DNA of 64,000 nucleotides from an uncultured virus (IMG/VR IMGVR_UViG_3300008266_000011) (IMGVR_UViG_3300008266_000011); one strand, 5' to 3'. Positions 9,342 to 20,072 are shown, numbered from the stretch's first letter. Numbers and translations: made by a program. Notes: generated by a model from the letters alone, not told the origin.

Positions 9342-9845
9342 TTAGGCCGCCTTTATTCCGTATATGGTTAGAACCGAACCAACCGCAAAATCGTTGCTGG
9401 TGGGACTAGTAAAAGTGATTTGATTTATTGCAGCGTTATTAGCCCATACTCCAACGTCTAACTCTCCACCGTTTTGAGCGTTGTTTACTTGTGCAAATAC
9501 GGTTTTATATTTATTGGTAGCCGCATAGTCCATAACGTGAAGAATAACTAACGCAGTCTCATTTACTACCGAAGGCCCACCTACGGCGCGAGCGATAGAG
9601 ATAAATGAAGCATTTGTGTTATTATTAGAAGCAACAGAAGACCCAGAACCATACATTTGTCTACCACTATACCCTGTGCTACTTCCGTTAAAAGTTAATC
9701 TAAGAGTTGGGTTGTTTGTGCTATTAGACTTGTATGCCCACACCAAAATTAAGTCGGTATAAGCAGAACTAATAGAAGTAAACTCTACTGTTGAAGTTGC
9801 TGAAGCAATAGTGGTGGTTTGCACAGTTTCATATGTTCTTGGCAC
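9342..9845 (-). CDS. Virion beta-rich protein, paralog 2
   Basis: FTSISSAYTDL...TIYGI. Confidence 0.6.
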   Translation of the reverse strand: MPRTYETVQTTTIASATSTVEFTSISSAYTDLILVWAYKSNSTNNPTLRLTFNGSSTGYSGRQMYGSGSSVASNNNTNASFISIARAVGGPSVVNETALVILHVMDYAATNKYKTVFAQVNNAQNGGELDVGVWANNAAINQITFTSPTSNDFAVGSVLTIYGIKAA

Positions 9846-9848
9846 AAT

Positions 9849-10415
9849 CTACCCCCTAATTCCATAAAGAGCAATTTTTGATTTAGTATCTATTGTTGCA
9901 CCGCAGTCAACTCTAATAGAAGTTACTGCTGTAGTTACTTTATTCATACCTGATAATATTTGAAGAGTTCCGCCACCGTTCTCATCTTTTCCTGAAAGTG
10001 AGCGAATAGTTGTTATTTTATTGTCATTAGCGTAGTCAAAAATATCTACAATACCTACGGCAGGATAGGTTCCACTTGTCGCGTTAGTAGCAGCATACAT
10101 AAAAGTTGTTGAACCATTTCCAGTTGCAGAGGTGTCGGTTCCAGTACCACGAAGTTCGTGATAGGTGTAACTGCCTGCCGATGAAACACCATTAAATGTT
10201 AGAGTAACATCTGCATTAGTTGCGTTTGCAAGAATAGAGAAACGAATTTGTAAATGTTGAAATGTTTGTGGAATATCAGTAAAGTCTATAAAGTTAGCAC
10301 TGCCTGAAATTGTAGGAGTAGCAATAGATACAAATGCTGACTGTAAAGAGTCAGTTATGTTGCCAGCAAGTAACTTTCTACCAGAGGTCTTATTCTTTAA
10401 AGTAGTTATGGGCAT
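9849..10415 (-). CDS. Virion beta-rich protein, paralog 3
   Basis: FTDIPQTFQHL...ALYGI. Confidence 0.6.
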   Translation of the reverse strand: MPITTLKNKTSGRKLLAGNITDSLQSAFVSIATPTISGSANFIDFTDIPQTFQHLQIRFSILANATNADVTLTFNGVSSAGSYTYHELRGTGTDTSATGNGSTTFMYAATNATSGTYPAVGIVDIFDYANDNKITTIRSLSGKDENGGGTLQILSGMNKVTTAVTSIRVDCGATIDTKSKIALYGIRG

Positions 10416-12253
10416 TATAGACCTCCATGAGCGTTAGATAGTCCTGCGTTAGCCAGTCCAGCAGATAGTATGTCACCAAAATCGGTGGCGTTTCCAGTAG
10501 AAGCGATTGTAATATAGTCAATTACGTTGCTTGCACTGCTTCCATAAACGGTTCCACCAGCAAATAACCCACGAGTACTGCTAGAAGCACCAGATAAGTT
10601 GTATCTTGCAACTGTTAAATCGCCAAAGTCTGTGGCATTTCCTGTTGAGGCGATTGTTATGTACTCGATTACATTTTGGTTTTGGTCAGCACTTGTAAGG
10701 CCACCTGTCCAAATTCCACGAGTGCTACTTGAACAACTTGCTGAATTAAATCTAGCCACTGTGCTATCGCCAAAGTCTGTGGCATTTCCTGTTGAGGCAA
10801 TGGTCACATAGTCGATTACGTTAGAATCTGTGTTGCTTCCTAAGAATCGAGGACCAACAACTCCTCGTGTTGTGCTAGCACAAGCAGAGGCAAATCCATG
10901 ATTTTGCGTAGAGTCACCGAAGTCGGTGGCGTTTCCTGTGGTTGCTATTGTTACATATTCAATAATATTTGAATAACCAGAAGCACTAAGACCTAAAGTA
11001 ATTATTCCTCTTGTGCTATTTGAGCACGTTGATGGTTTTTGTGAAACATTTAGAAGGTCACCAAAATCGACTGCATTTGCTGCAGAAGCAAGTGTTATGT
11101 AATCAATAGTGTTTAAGTTTGAACCGTTGTTTCCTCCAGCAAATACTCCTCTAGTACTTGAACTGAGTCCACTTACAGAATTTCTTGCTTGACTTAAATC
11201 ACCAAAATAAGCAGTATTTCCAAGAGTAGCGATGTCAACAGTTTCTATAAGTCCTGAGTACGAACCGCCACCAGCAAAAAAGGCTTGAGCCGCTGCCAAA
11301 GAGTATGGAAGTGGTAACTCTATTCCACCGTGTCTATTAGAAACTCCAGCAATGGCGTAACGACTTGTAGTCAAATCGCCAAAATCAGTAGCATTACCTG
11401 TCGAGGCAATTGTAATATAGTCAATGGTATTTCCATTTCCACCAAAAGCGCCTCTAGTAGAATTTGACACTCCTGCGACATAACTACGACCAACTGTCAA
11501 ATCGCCAAAGTCGGTAGCATTTCCCGTAGATGCAAATGTTATGTACGCTATAGTATTTTGAGGTTCCGCATCTCCACCTCCAATTACTCCTCGTGTGCTA
11601 GAAGACACTGCTCCTGCTAACCACTGATTTTGTGTTAAGTCACCAAAATCGGTGGCATTACCTGTAGAAGCAATTGTGATGTAATCAATTTCGTTAGAAC
11701 CTGATGGGGAGGCTCCACCAGCCCATATACCTCTAGTTGGTGAAGAACAAGACGCTGGTCCTCTTTTACCAACAACCAAAGAACCGAAGTTAGTTACATT
11801 ACCAGTAGAAGCAATTGTGATGTATTCTATAACAGTTTGATGAGTACCTGCGCCACTTTCATTACTTCCACCACCAACGATTCCTCTAGTCTCACTTCCG
11901 CAGGACGCTGTTGTCTGTCTTACTCCACTTAAGTTTCCAAAATTTGTTCCATTACCAGTAGAAGCAATAGTAATGTATTCAATTTTGTCTGCACCTGCTG
12001 TTCCTACCTGTCTTCCAAAGATTACTCCTCTAGTCGAGGAACCAGTTCCCGATGAAAAACCGTTCGCATATAGCGAATCCCCAAAATCAACTGCATTTCC
12101 AGCAGAGGCAATGCTTATGTAGTCGATGGTATTATCATTGACATGTCCAGCAACAAACACTCCTCTACCAGAGGATACATTTGCGGGCCAGGAAGTGTTA
12201 GCAGCGAGCGCACTGCGAAGTTTGGTACGTCTTTTCAGACTAAGGATAGCCAA
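10415..12253 (-). CDS. Kelch-like beta-propeller repeat protein (probable virion protein)
   Basis: About 12 repeats of IDYITIASTGNATDFGDL...SSTRG. Confidence 0.7.
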   Translation of the reverse strand: MAILSLKRRTKLRSALAANTSWPANVSSGRGVFVAGHVNDNTIDYISIASAGNAVDFGDSLYANGFSSGTGSSTRGVIFGRQVGTAGADKIEYITIASTGNGTNFGNLSGVRQTTASCGSETRGIVGGGSNESGAGTHQTVIEYITIASTGNVTNFGSLVVGKRGPASCSSPTRGIWAGGASPSGSNEIDYITIASTGNATDFGDLTQNQWLAGAVSSSTRGVIGGGDAEPQNTIAYITFASTGNATDFGDLTVGRSYVAGVSNSTRGAFGGNGNTIDYITIASTGNATDFGDLTTSRYAIAGVSNRHGGIELPLPYSLAAAQAFFAGGGSYSGLIETVDIATLGNTAYFGDLSQARNSVSGLSSSTRGVFAGGNNGSNLNTIDYITLASAANAVDFGDLLNVSQKPSTCSNSTRGIITLGLSASGYSNIIEYVTIATTGNATDFGDSTQNHGFASACASTTRGVVGPRFLGSNTDSNVIDYVTIASTGNATDFGDSTVARFNSASCSSSTRGIWTGGLTSADQNQNVIEYITIASTGNATDFGDLTVARYNLSGASSSTRGLFAGGTVYGSSASNVIDYITIASTGNATDFGDILSAGLANAGLSNAHGGL

Positions 12254-12282
12254 GATGCGCTCTCTTTCTAACTAGTTATTTT

Positions 12283-12579
12283 TTACAGTTTTGCAAACAA
12301 ATACGCAGCAGCGTCTGCCTGTGACCAAGGACCCAAATCTTCTTTTGTTATTGGGTCAGTTTTTCTCCACTCAGATGTGTATGTGTTGAGGTAGGTAACT
12401 ACTGCCGCCTCATCTGCATACTCTGTGACTCCTGCTGGAAGAGTTGGGTTATCTACAGAGATTCCAAGGCAGACCATGTTAGGTGTGTCATTTGGGTCTT
12501 TGGCAAAATAACCACCATCAGAGACATAGGCTGGAATTGTGCCATTGTCTAGTTTGTAACTAATTACTTTCTTTGCCAC
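12283..12579 (-). CDS. Hypothetical protein
   Basis: ORF track; SD GGAG. Confidence 0.55.
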   Translation of the reverse strand: MAKKVISYKLDNGTIPAYVSDGGYFAKDPNDTPNMVCLGISVDNPTLPAGVTEYADEAAVVTYLNTYTSEWRKTDPITKEDLGPWSQADAAAYLFAKL

Positions 12580-13432
12580 TGGTAATCTCCTTTGCTAGTG
12601 ACTTCTTGTCGAGAGGTACGAACCCACGGCTTTCCGCAAATTTACGACCACAATCGGCAAACTTATCGGCGCAGGCTTCAAGCCACATTATAGTCATTTC
12701 ATGGGTCGGTTCGATGCCCTTCTTCATTAAATCATTTTCCATTTCAAGGTAAGCAAAGACCTCTGCTTGGGCCGCTGCTCCGTTGATACCCATATCAAAG
12801 AGATAGATATGGTTACCCTCATCAATGAGTCCCCCGCGTGTGCGTGCGGCATTGAGAGCCTGCTTCATCGCTGTCATAACGTGATGGCGGGATTCATTTA
12901 ATTCATAGTCCTCTTCAGTGATTTCAGTTTTGCCGAGTTTTTCTACAATGGCTTCATACTGAGTAGTAAAGAAGGACATCTTTCTAATTGCGCCCCTAAT
13001 TGAATTCTCAGTATTGGCAGTTTGTACAGCAAGTTCAACGATATCTACATTTAATAAATCTTTTTTGTAGTCATCAGTCTCTTTGTCATACTCTTCCTGC
13101 TTCTGCTTCATCTGAATCTGTTTACGCTTCAAGGCAATGTGGGCCTCTTCAAGAGCCATACGAGTACGGTCAAGAACTGCCAAGATATGCTTGAGAGAGC
13201 CCATTGGAGTCAAGTCAGTGACATCGAGTGTGACGCCCTTGAACTGAGATGCAGACTTATAGAAGTTCTCTGAATCTCTCTTGATTGCTGGCAGAGTGTT
13301 ACTGATATGTTGCAGCATGCCCTTGTATTCAGGGGAAATTGCAAGTTGATTACTTACCTCAACTAACGCAATATCACCGCCAACTACGACTGGGTCATGT
13401 AGTTCGATGTTATTTTCCATTGTGTTTTCCAA
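12560..13432 (-). CDS. Hypothetical coiled-coil protein between the propeller genes
   Basis: SD GGAGG before TTG at 13432. Confidence 0.6.
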   Translation of the reverse strand: MENTMENNIELHDPVVVGGDIALVEVSNQLAISPEYKGMLQHISNTLPAIKRDSENFYKSASQFKGVTLDVTDLTPMGSLKHILAVLDRTRMALEEAHIALKRKQIQMKQKQEEYDKETDDYKKDLLNVDIVELAVQTANTENSIRGAIRKMSFFTTQYEAIVEKLGKTEITEEDYELNESRHHVMTAMKQALNAARTRGGLIDEGNHIYLFDMGINGAAAQAEVFAYLEMENDLMKKGIEPTHEMTIMWLEACADKFADCGRKFAESRGFVPLDKKSLAKEITSGKESN

Positions 13433-13433
13433 T

Positions 13434-15296
13434 CTATACTCCTCCGTGTGTGTTTGATAGTCCTTGTACATCAGCCCTAGCAACAGTCAAATCTCCAAAA
13501 TCTGTACCATTACCTGTAGTTGCTATTGTAACGTATTCCATTGCATTTGAATACCCCGATTCTCCTCCAGCAAACACTGCTCGTATTTTAGAACCTGCTG
13601 CGCCTCTTCCAACTAAAGAAGATATTAAAGTACCAAAATTTGTAGTATTTCCTGTTGTTGCTATAGTTAGATACTCTACGACTGTTCTATCTCCACCAGT
13701 GGCTTGACCTAAATGTATAACGCCTCTCGTATCGCTAGACGTAGCACATGCTTCTTGAATTGTTCCATTTGCAGAGTCACCAAAGTCTGTGGCATTTCCT
13801 GTGGATGCAATTGTTACGTAGTCAATAGTATTTCCATTTCCAGCAAAAACAGCACGAGTTGGAGAAGCAAGAGATGCGGGATTAGTTCTTCCAACCGTTA
13901 AATCACCAAAATCAACGGCATTACCAATCGTTGCTATTGTAAAGTAGTCAATGACATTGGAACTACTGGCGCCTCCTGCAAAAAGGCAACGAGTATCATT
14001 GGCAGTTGCTCTAGGGCCTTCTCCCCCTCTACTTACGCTAGTGTTTCCAAATGAAATAGCATTTCCTTTTGAAGAAAAAGTAATGTAGTTTACAGAGGCA
14101 CCCATGTTATACCCAGCACCAATTAAACCACGAGTTTTTCCTCCTCCTGCACCGCCATCAGAACCTGAAGTAGTTAAATCTCCCCAATCTACTGCGTTAC
14201 CAAGACATTGAATGTCTACATAATCAATTACGTTGTTATTACTTCCAGCCCATCCTTGACCAAACACACCAAGTCCTTGGGTAGACTCTGTAAGTGCACC
14301 ATTACTATTTATAAACTGCAATTGTTCTCTGTCAATTCCACCATGAGCATTAGAGAGTGCAGATGACCCATATCTTGCAACTGTTAAATCACCAAAATCT
14401 ACTGCGTTGCCAGTGGTATCAATAGTTACATAATCAATAGTGTTAGTGACTGCTCCACCTCCCCAAAGTCCACGGGTAGAGTTAGACGTAGAACCTAGTT
14501 CATGTCTAGCAACTGTCAAATCACCAAAGTCTGTGGCATTTCCTGTCGAGGCGATTGTTACATAATCTATAGTGTTTACGACGGGGGTATCCCTGTTACC
14601 TCCACCAAACAACGCTCTTGTAGGAGAAGAACATCCAGCAAGACTGAATCTTCCTTGAGTTAAATTTCCAAAATTAGTAGCATTTCCAGTAGAAGCAATA
14701 GTTACGTATTCTATTTTAAGTAGTGCTGATGGATTATATGGTGGACCTCCACCTGCCCACAGTCCTCGTGTGGTAGATGAACAAGATGCCATATCTGAAA
14801 TTGAAGCACTCAAATCACCAAAGTCTGCGGCATTTCCTGTTGTTGCAATTGTAAAGTAGTCAATTGTATTGGTTTGTGCGTTTGAACCAGTTCTTCCACC
14901 ACCAATTATCCCACGAGTTTCACTACCGCATCCAAACATGCGTGCTCTACTAACGGTTAAATCACCAAAAGAAATGCCGTTTCCAGTGGAAGCAATAGTT
15001 ATGTATTGAGAAGCAGCCAAATATGTGCTAGCAGAAGTTCCTCCTCCAGCAAATAGTCCTCTAACACTAGAAGCACATGTTCCTGGCATATAGCGAACTG
15101 CTGACAAATCGCCAAAATCTATGGCATTACCTGCCGAAGAAATGGCTACATAATCAATTACATTTTGAGTAACATCACTGCTGTTATTTCCGCCACCCCA
15201 AATACCTCTACCAGAAGCCACATTTGTTAACCAGGAAACATTAGTTACATTTACGTCGTAACCATCATCGCCTGTCTTGACACTACTTACCGTCAT
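13434..15296 (-). CDS. Kelch-like beta-propeller repeat protein, paralog
   Basis: Same repeat unit and two-lobe layout (each lobe ends in a SNxHGG motif). Confidence 0.7.
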   Translation of the reverse strand: MTVSSVKTGDDGYDVNVTNVSWLTNVASGRGIWGGGNNSSDVTQNVIDYVAISSAGNAIDFGDLSAVRYMPGTCASSVRGLFAGGGTSASTYLAASQYITIASTGNGISFGDLTVSRARMFGCGSETRGIIGGGRTGSNAQTNTIDYFTIATTGNAADFGDLSASISDMASCSSTTRGLWAGGGPPYNPSALLKIEYVTIASTGNATNFGNLTQGRFSLAGCSSPTRALFGGGNRDTPVVNTIDYVTIASTGNATDFGDLTVARHELGSTSNSTRGLWGGGAVTNTIDYVTIDTTGNAVDFGDLTVARYGSSALSNAHGGIDREQLQFINSNGALTESTQGLGVFGQGWAGSNNNVIDYVDIQCLGNAVDWGDLTTSGSDGGAGGGKTRGLIGAGYNMGASVNYITFSSKGNAISFGNTSVSRGGEGPRATANDTRCLFAGGASSSNVIDYFTIATIGNAVDFGDLTVGRTNPASLASPTRAVFAGNGNTIDYVTIASTGNATDFGDSANGTIQEACATSSDTRGVIHLGQATGGDRTVVEYLTIATTGNTTNFGTLISSLVGRGAAGSKIRAVFAGGESGYSNAMEYVTIATTGNGTDFGDLTVARADVQGLSNTHGGV

Positions 15297-15314
15297 TTGG
15301 TAGGTCCTTTAAGA

Positions 15315-15644
15315 CTAGGAGATTTCAGAACCGTATGCGTGGAATACTAGATTTGCTGTTGATGCGTATACAGTGATTACATCAGTGGCATCTAGCGTGA
15401 TACCGACTGTGATGATTGTCGTATCGTTGGCGCCAACAGTTACGTCGTACGCAAGATAGTGCACGTTAGCAAGTGTTGCACCTGCTGGACGCACTGCAAT
15501 GCGGAATGCCGCATCTGAGGCCGCTAAGTTAGCAATCGAGATGCTAGAGACTACGGCATCTGTAGCCGATGGGACTGTATACAGCGAAGTTGCTGTTGTT
15601 GCTGATGGGTTTGATTGACCCAAGACTTTATATGCTGTTGGCAT
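15315..15644 (-). CDS. Putative virion protein
   Basis: Beta-rich 109 aa; SD AAGGAG. Confidence 0.55.
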   Translation of the reverse strand: MPTAYKVLGQSNPSATTATSLYTVPSATDAVVSSISIANLAASDAAFRIAVRPAGATLANVHYLAYDVTVGANDTTIITVGITLDATDVITVYASTANLVFHAYGSEIS

Positions 15645-15715
15645 GCTGCTCCTTCAGGAAAAGGTAAGCCTAGGTTAATTGGTTCTAGACTGATATGTGG
15701 GTTAAAGTGTACTCC

Positions 15716-16717
15716 ATGAATCTGGTGCATAAATCGGTATCTCAGGGCGGAAAATTAGCGCCTCTTATAGTACCTCATAACCTGCCTGATAACACGGGAA
15801 TTATGAACCCATCCATCTTTATTGACGACGATGGGGATATCCTGGTCAATGTCAGGTGTGTTAATTACACCCTCTACATTTCTGAAGAAGATGAAAGATT
15901 CTTTAGTCCTTGGGGGCCGCTTACTTACTTGCATCCAGAAAAGGACCAGAGGCTGGTCACCTTTAACTATATGTGCCGCCTTGATAAGGACTTAAATCTA
16001 ATTAACTCTACTCAGGTAGAGATGCTCAATCTTCATAAGCCTATCTGGGAATTCCACGGACTTGAAGATGCCAGAGTCGTTAGATGGGATGGCGACCTGT
16101 ACATGATTGGTGTGCGCCGTGATACCACGCCTAATGGACAAGGTCGTATGGAATACTCCAAGATTGATTTAGATAAAGACAAGTGGACTGCTAAGGAAGT
16201 CTCACGCGTGCGCATGCCCGCGCCCGTGCACGAGAACACTTCCTACTGTGAAAAGAATTGGATGCCCATTCTTGATTTCCCATATCACTTTGTTAAGTGG
16301 GCAATGCCTACAGAAGTTGTGTGGTCTAATCCTGAAAAGCCAGAGACTGTTCAAGAGTTCACACGAGAGACACCTACATCTCCTAAAGACCAACGTGGTG
16401 GCTCACACATAATTCCTTGGGGCGATTACTACATCTGCCTTACACATGAAGTAGCGTTATGGCGCAACTACCTTAATCAGAAAGACTCAGTTTATAGACA
16501 TCGCCTTATTGTTTGGGATAATGACTTTAACTTTTTAGGATTAAGTAAAGAGTTTGCATTTATGGATGTAAAGATTGAGTTTTGTACAGGAGCCGCAGTT
16601 AGAGATAACAACCTACTTGTGAGTTTTTCTGTCGCTGATAATGCTGCATTTATTCTTGAGATTCCACGCCATGTAGTTAATGGCCTGATTACGGAGGCTC
16701 TCTCGTATGTCGGTTAA
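15716..16717 (+). CDS. Five-bladed beta-propeller glycoside hydrolase/phosphorylase-like protein (GH130/GH32-like)
   Basis: NPSI, GLEDAR, EKNW.P, RGGS, IEFC.G motifs; TAAAGT 7 nt before ATG (leaderless). Confidence 0.65.
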   Translation: MNLVHKSVSQGGKLAPLIVPHNLPDNTGIMNPSIFIDDDGDILVNVRCVNYTLYISEEDERFFSPWGPLTYLHPEKDQRLVTFNYMCRLDKDLNLINSTQVEMLNLHKPIWEFHGLEDARVVRWDGDLYMIGVRRDTTPNGQGRMEYSKIDLDKDKWTAKEVSRVRMPAPVHENTSYCEKNWMPILDFPYHFVKWAMPTEVVWSNPEKPETVQEFTRETPTSPKDQRGGSHIIPWGDYYICLTHEVALWRNYLNQKDSVYRHRLIVWDNDFNFLGLSKEFAFMDVKIEFCTGAAVRDNNLLVSFSVADNAAFILEIPRHVVNGLITEALSYVG

Positions 16718-17270
16718 AGACCTTGCTATTGACCTTGCTTCTAATACACGAGATGCTAATAAAAACTTTGCATTAGCGGAAGAATATGAGAGGCTAAAAC
16801 AGCATGCTTCTGCTGCTGGATTCTTTCTTAGGGCAGCAGATTTAGGATATAAGACCAATCCGTTATTAACTTATACGGCCCTGTTAAAGATGGCTCTCTG
16901 CTTCTCTAGACAGAACGATAGAACCGCTACCGTATTAACTACTTTGCATAATGCTATTGCTTTCATGCCTTCACGACCAGAGGCGTACTTCATTCTTTCA
17001 CGATTCTATGAGCGCAACAAGGACTGGAATAAAGCCTATGCATTTGCCGAAATTGGTCTGCAATTTGCCATGGTTGCTAACCATTTACCTACGCCAGGTT
17101 ATGTGGAATACAATGGTGTCTACTGCCTTATGTTTGAAAAGGCCGTTACAGGCTGGTGGATTGGTCGCAAAGACGAAAGTAGAGCAATCTTTCAAGACCT
17201 ACTAGATAATCACAAGATGTCTCCAGAGTATGTCTATGGATGCCTTAGTAACATGAAGTTGTTTGCATAA
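16707..17270 (+). CDS. TPR-like protein
   Basis: Helical repeats, P.RPEAYF.L. Confidence 0.6.
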   Translation: MSVKDLAIDLASNTRDANKNFALAEEYERLKQHASAAGFFLRAADLGYKTNPLLTYTALLKMALCFSRQNDRTATVLTTLHNAIAFMPSRPEAYFILSRFYERNKDWNKAYAFAEIGLQFAMVANHLPTPGYVEYNGVYCLMFEKAVTGWWIGRKDESRAIFQDLLDNHKMSPEYVYGCLSNMKLFA

Positions 17271-17800
17271 TGTTTCCTAACTGGTTTAAAGATGTAGAAA
17301 AGTACTTTCGTCACGTTCCTAACGTGCCATTACGAGCCTTGCAGATTGGTACCTATACAGGTGATGCAACGGAGTGGTTACTTAAAAATCGAGAGATTGA
17401 ACGCTTACATGATGTAGATACTTGGGAAGGAAGCGAAGAGGCGGCCCATGAATCTATGGACTTTTCTTCAATAGAGTCTTATTACGATTCTAGATTTGAT
17501 GACTTGCGATTAGTCAAGTGCAAGATGACTAGCGACCAGTTCTTTAGTGATAATAAAGAGACATTTAACTTCATCTACATAGATGGAGACCATACAGCGC
17601 TACAGACCGCCCTAGATGGCCTCAATGCCTTTAAATGGCTAGAAACAGGTGGTGTGATGGCTTTTGATGACTATTTATGGAATTACAACGGCAATCCCTA
17701 TTTAGAGCCTAAACGGGGCGTAGACGCCGTTTTAGAGGTATGTAAAGGCCAGTATGTATTGATTGAGTCTGGCTATCAGGTATGGATACAGAAATGCTAA
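17270..17800 (+). CDS. Class I SAM-dependent methyltransferase (Methyltransf_24-like)
   Basis: LQIGTYTG, VDTWEG, FIYIDGDH, GGVMAFDDY. Confidence 0.85.
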   Translation: MFPNWFKDVEKYFRHVPNVPLRALQIGTYTGDATEWLLKNREIERLHDVDTWEGSEEAAHESMDFSSIESYYDSRFDDLRLVKCKMTSDQFFSDNKETFNFIYIDGDHTALQTALDGLNAFKWLETGGVMAFDDYLWNYNGNPYLEPKRGVDAVLEVCKGQYVLIESGYQVWIQKC

Positions 17801-18534
17801 ATAACGCATGCTTTGAAGTCTTTCATACCGATACTGGAAATGAAATACGAAATAAATCTTACGAGGGCATTTTAAACCGTATGTCATTCTTGCCAAGACT
17901 TGGCTCACCTACGATGTATCTAAATACTGCAGAAAAGGCAGAGAAGTTCATCAATGAAAATCCAGACTTCAAAGTAAACACGGTTGAAGATTACGCACAG
18001 CCTGGAGAGACTTTCCCACCTAGTTCAGGAGTAGTAGGAGTATGGGCAAGTAACTGGTTGGCATACAAAAAGTTCCTTGAAACAGATAAAGATGTATTGA
18101 TTATCTTTGAAGACGACATAGTTGTAAGCGCAAATTTTGAACCCATAATGAATTTCTACATGCAGCAGTTAATGCCTACTTGGGATTTCTTTTCTTTCTT
18201 TGTACCAGACGACTCGCTATTTGCTTACAACGAAGAAGAGCACGACATCTATGAAGAGCACGTCTGTCGTTCATATCAACAATGGTCATGTGCAGGTTAT
18301 GCAGTAAGTAAACGTGGGGCAGAAAAAGCGCTTAATGATGTAGCCACACGTGGCATCACAGCCCCTGTAGATTGGTATGTATTCAACTTTAGAATGAAGC
18401 AAGAAGAGAACCAGATGAAGTTTGCTACATACACTCTAAAGCCAAGAGTATATCGACCTATAAAATTCTTAATGCAGGCAGCAGTACATAGCCAAATTCA
18501 CAACGGCAGTACTGAGTTGCTACATACCACCTAG
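17794..18534 (+). CDS. Glycosyltransferase, family 25-like
   Basis: GVWAS, LIIFEDD, GYAVS..GA.K, PVD motifs. Confidence 0.7.
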   Translation: MLNNACFEVFHTDTGNEIRNKSYEGILNRMSFLPRLGSPTMYLNTAEKAEKFINENPDFKVNTVEDYAQPGETFPPSSGVVGVWASNWLAYKKFLETDKDVLIIFEDDIVVSANFEPIMNFYMQQLMPTWDFFSFFVPDDSLFAYNEEEHDIYEEHVCRSYQQWSCAGYAVSKRGAEKALNDVATRGITAPVDWYVFNFRMKQEENQMKFATYTLKPRVYRPIKFLMQAAVHSQIHNGSTELLHTT

Positions 18535-19791
18535 CATCAAGATATCTGGGATTGAGCCACCTGCTGCTGCAGTTCCTGTAGAACCCTGGACTCCACCAAT
18601 TCCTTGCGCACCCTGAGTACCTTGGGTTCCAGTTCCAGTTGTACCTTGAGTACCCTGCGTGCCTTGTGCACCAGTCGTACCAAGAGTTCCCTGAACTCCT
18701 TGAGTACCTTGAACTCCTTGAACTCCTTGAGCACCAACGGTTCCTTGAGTTCCTTGTGTACCGCCTGTACCTTGAACACCCTGTGTTCCCTGAGTTCCTT
18801 GTACGCCCTGTGAACCAACTGTGCCTTGAGCACCTATTGTTCCTTGAGTTCCCTGTGGTCCTGTAGGTCCTTGTACACCTAGGAAAGAAATAATAAAAGA
18901 GATAGTGTCATTGGTAGAAAAGTTTGTTGGAGAAGTTCCAGAACCAGTGTTAGATACTGGAATCTTTACATAACTATTTGTAACTACTGTTATCGCACCA
19001 GTGACATCAAATGTTTGATAGGAAGTAGAGTCGGCTTTCTTTTGAATAGTAATCTTGTCGCCCTGTTTAATCACTGAATACAGAACGTCATTGTCATTAC
19101 CAAGTTGGTCTAAATGACTTATGTACAAGAATGTAGCGCTAGTTTGTGTTGTATTGTTCCAACGCAAATTTCCACTTGATGGTTCTGAATCTGCTTGGCT
19201 AGCAGCGTCTGCTTTGTATTCAAAAATGCTTGAAGAAGAACCACTTTGACCAGCAAGACCTTGACTACCTTGAGCACCAATACTTCCTTGAGTTCCCTGT
19301 GCACCTGTAGTTCCTTGAGTTCCCTGTGTTCCTTGGACTCCTTGAGTTCCTTCGGTTCCTTGCGTTCCTTGAGAACCAATTACTCCCTGAGTTCCTTGAG
19401 TTCCTTGAATACCCTGTACTCCTTGAGAACCAACCGTTCCCTGGACTCCCTGTTGTCCTTCGGTTCCTTGTGTACCCTGAGTGCCTTGTGTTCCCTGTGT
19501 GCCTTGTGTTCCCTGTGTGCCTTGTGTTCCCTGAGCACCAGTTTCTCCAATAATTCCCTGGACTCCCTGGACTCCCTGAACACCTTGCGTACCTTGAACT
19601 CCCTGTACACCCTGTGTTCCTTGAATACCTTGTAATCCGCCATAAGCGAGTGAGTTCCAAGCAGTAGAACCATTACCAACTTTTAATTTCCCAGTATCGG
19701 TTTCAATACCAACTTCACCAGCGGCAAGTGTTGGATTATTATTACTCCAGTTGGTCGCTGTTCCACGACGTAACTTGATTGTAACTGCCAT
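18520..19791 (-). CDS. Collagen-like fibre with Mtd_N/hyaluronidase-N-like head
   Basis: IKLRRGT..W...NPTLAAGE.G.ETDTGK.KVGNG N-terminus; (G-X-Q)n tracts. Confidence 0.8.
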   Translation of the reverse strand: MAVTIKLRRGTATNWSNNNPTLAAGEVGIETDTGKLKVGNGSTAWNSLAYGGLQGIQGTQGVQGVQGTQGVQGVQGVQGIIGETGAQGTQGTQGTQGTQGTQGTQGTQGTEGQQGVQGTVGSQGVQGIQGTQGTQGVIGSQGTQGTEGTQGVQGTQGTQGTTGAQGTQGSIGAQGSQGLAGQSGSSSSIFEYKADAASQADSEPSSGNLRWNNTTQTSATFLYISHLDQLGNDNDVLYSVIKQGDKITIQKKADSTSYQTFDVTGAITVVTNSYVKIPVSNTGSGTSPTNFSTNDTISFIISFLGVQGPTGPQGTQGTIGAQGTVGSQGVQGTQGTQGVQGTGGTQGTQGTVGAQGVQGVQGTQGVQGTLGTTGAQGTQGTQGTTGTGTQGTQGAQGIGGVQGSTGTAAAGGSIPDILMLGGM

Positions 19792-20072
19792 TAGAGGACT
19801 CCTCCACCTTCATAAGAACTTGTGTATGTATCACTGCCACTTGCTTCATCTCCACCATCTGCTGTTGCAGTATAGGCATCGCTACCATCGGCTTCATCTC
19901 CACCTTCAATTATGTCAAATGAAGGTGTAGTAGCAATTTCTGTCCAAATAACTCCATCAAAAACATAAAGATTATGGTTATCTGGATTAAAGTACAGGTC
20001 CCCAGCATAGCGACCTACTGGCTCCGTATTCGAAGCCAGTACGTTAATGGGAACTAGTGCTCTTTTGCTCAT
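19791..20072 (-). CDS. Small virion protein
   Basis: GDLYFN...LYVFDG..W motif. Confidence 0.55.
   Translation of the reverse strand: MSKRALVPINVLASNTEPVGRYAGDLYFNPDNHNLYVFDGVIWTEIATTPSFDIIEGGDEADGSDAYTATADGGDEASGSDTYTSSYEGGGVL

Noticed and set aside
18520..19791. Diversity-generating retroelement suggested by the Mtd_N-like domain
   Set aside because: No reverse transcriptase and no TR/VR pair seen in the window
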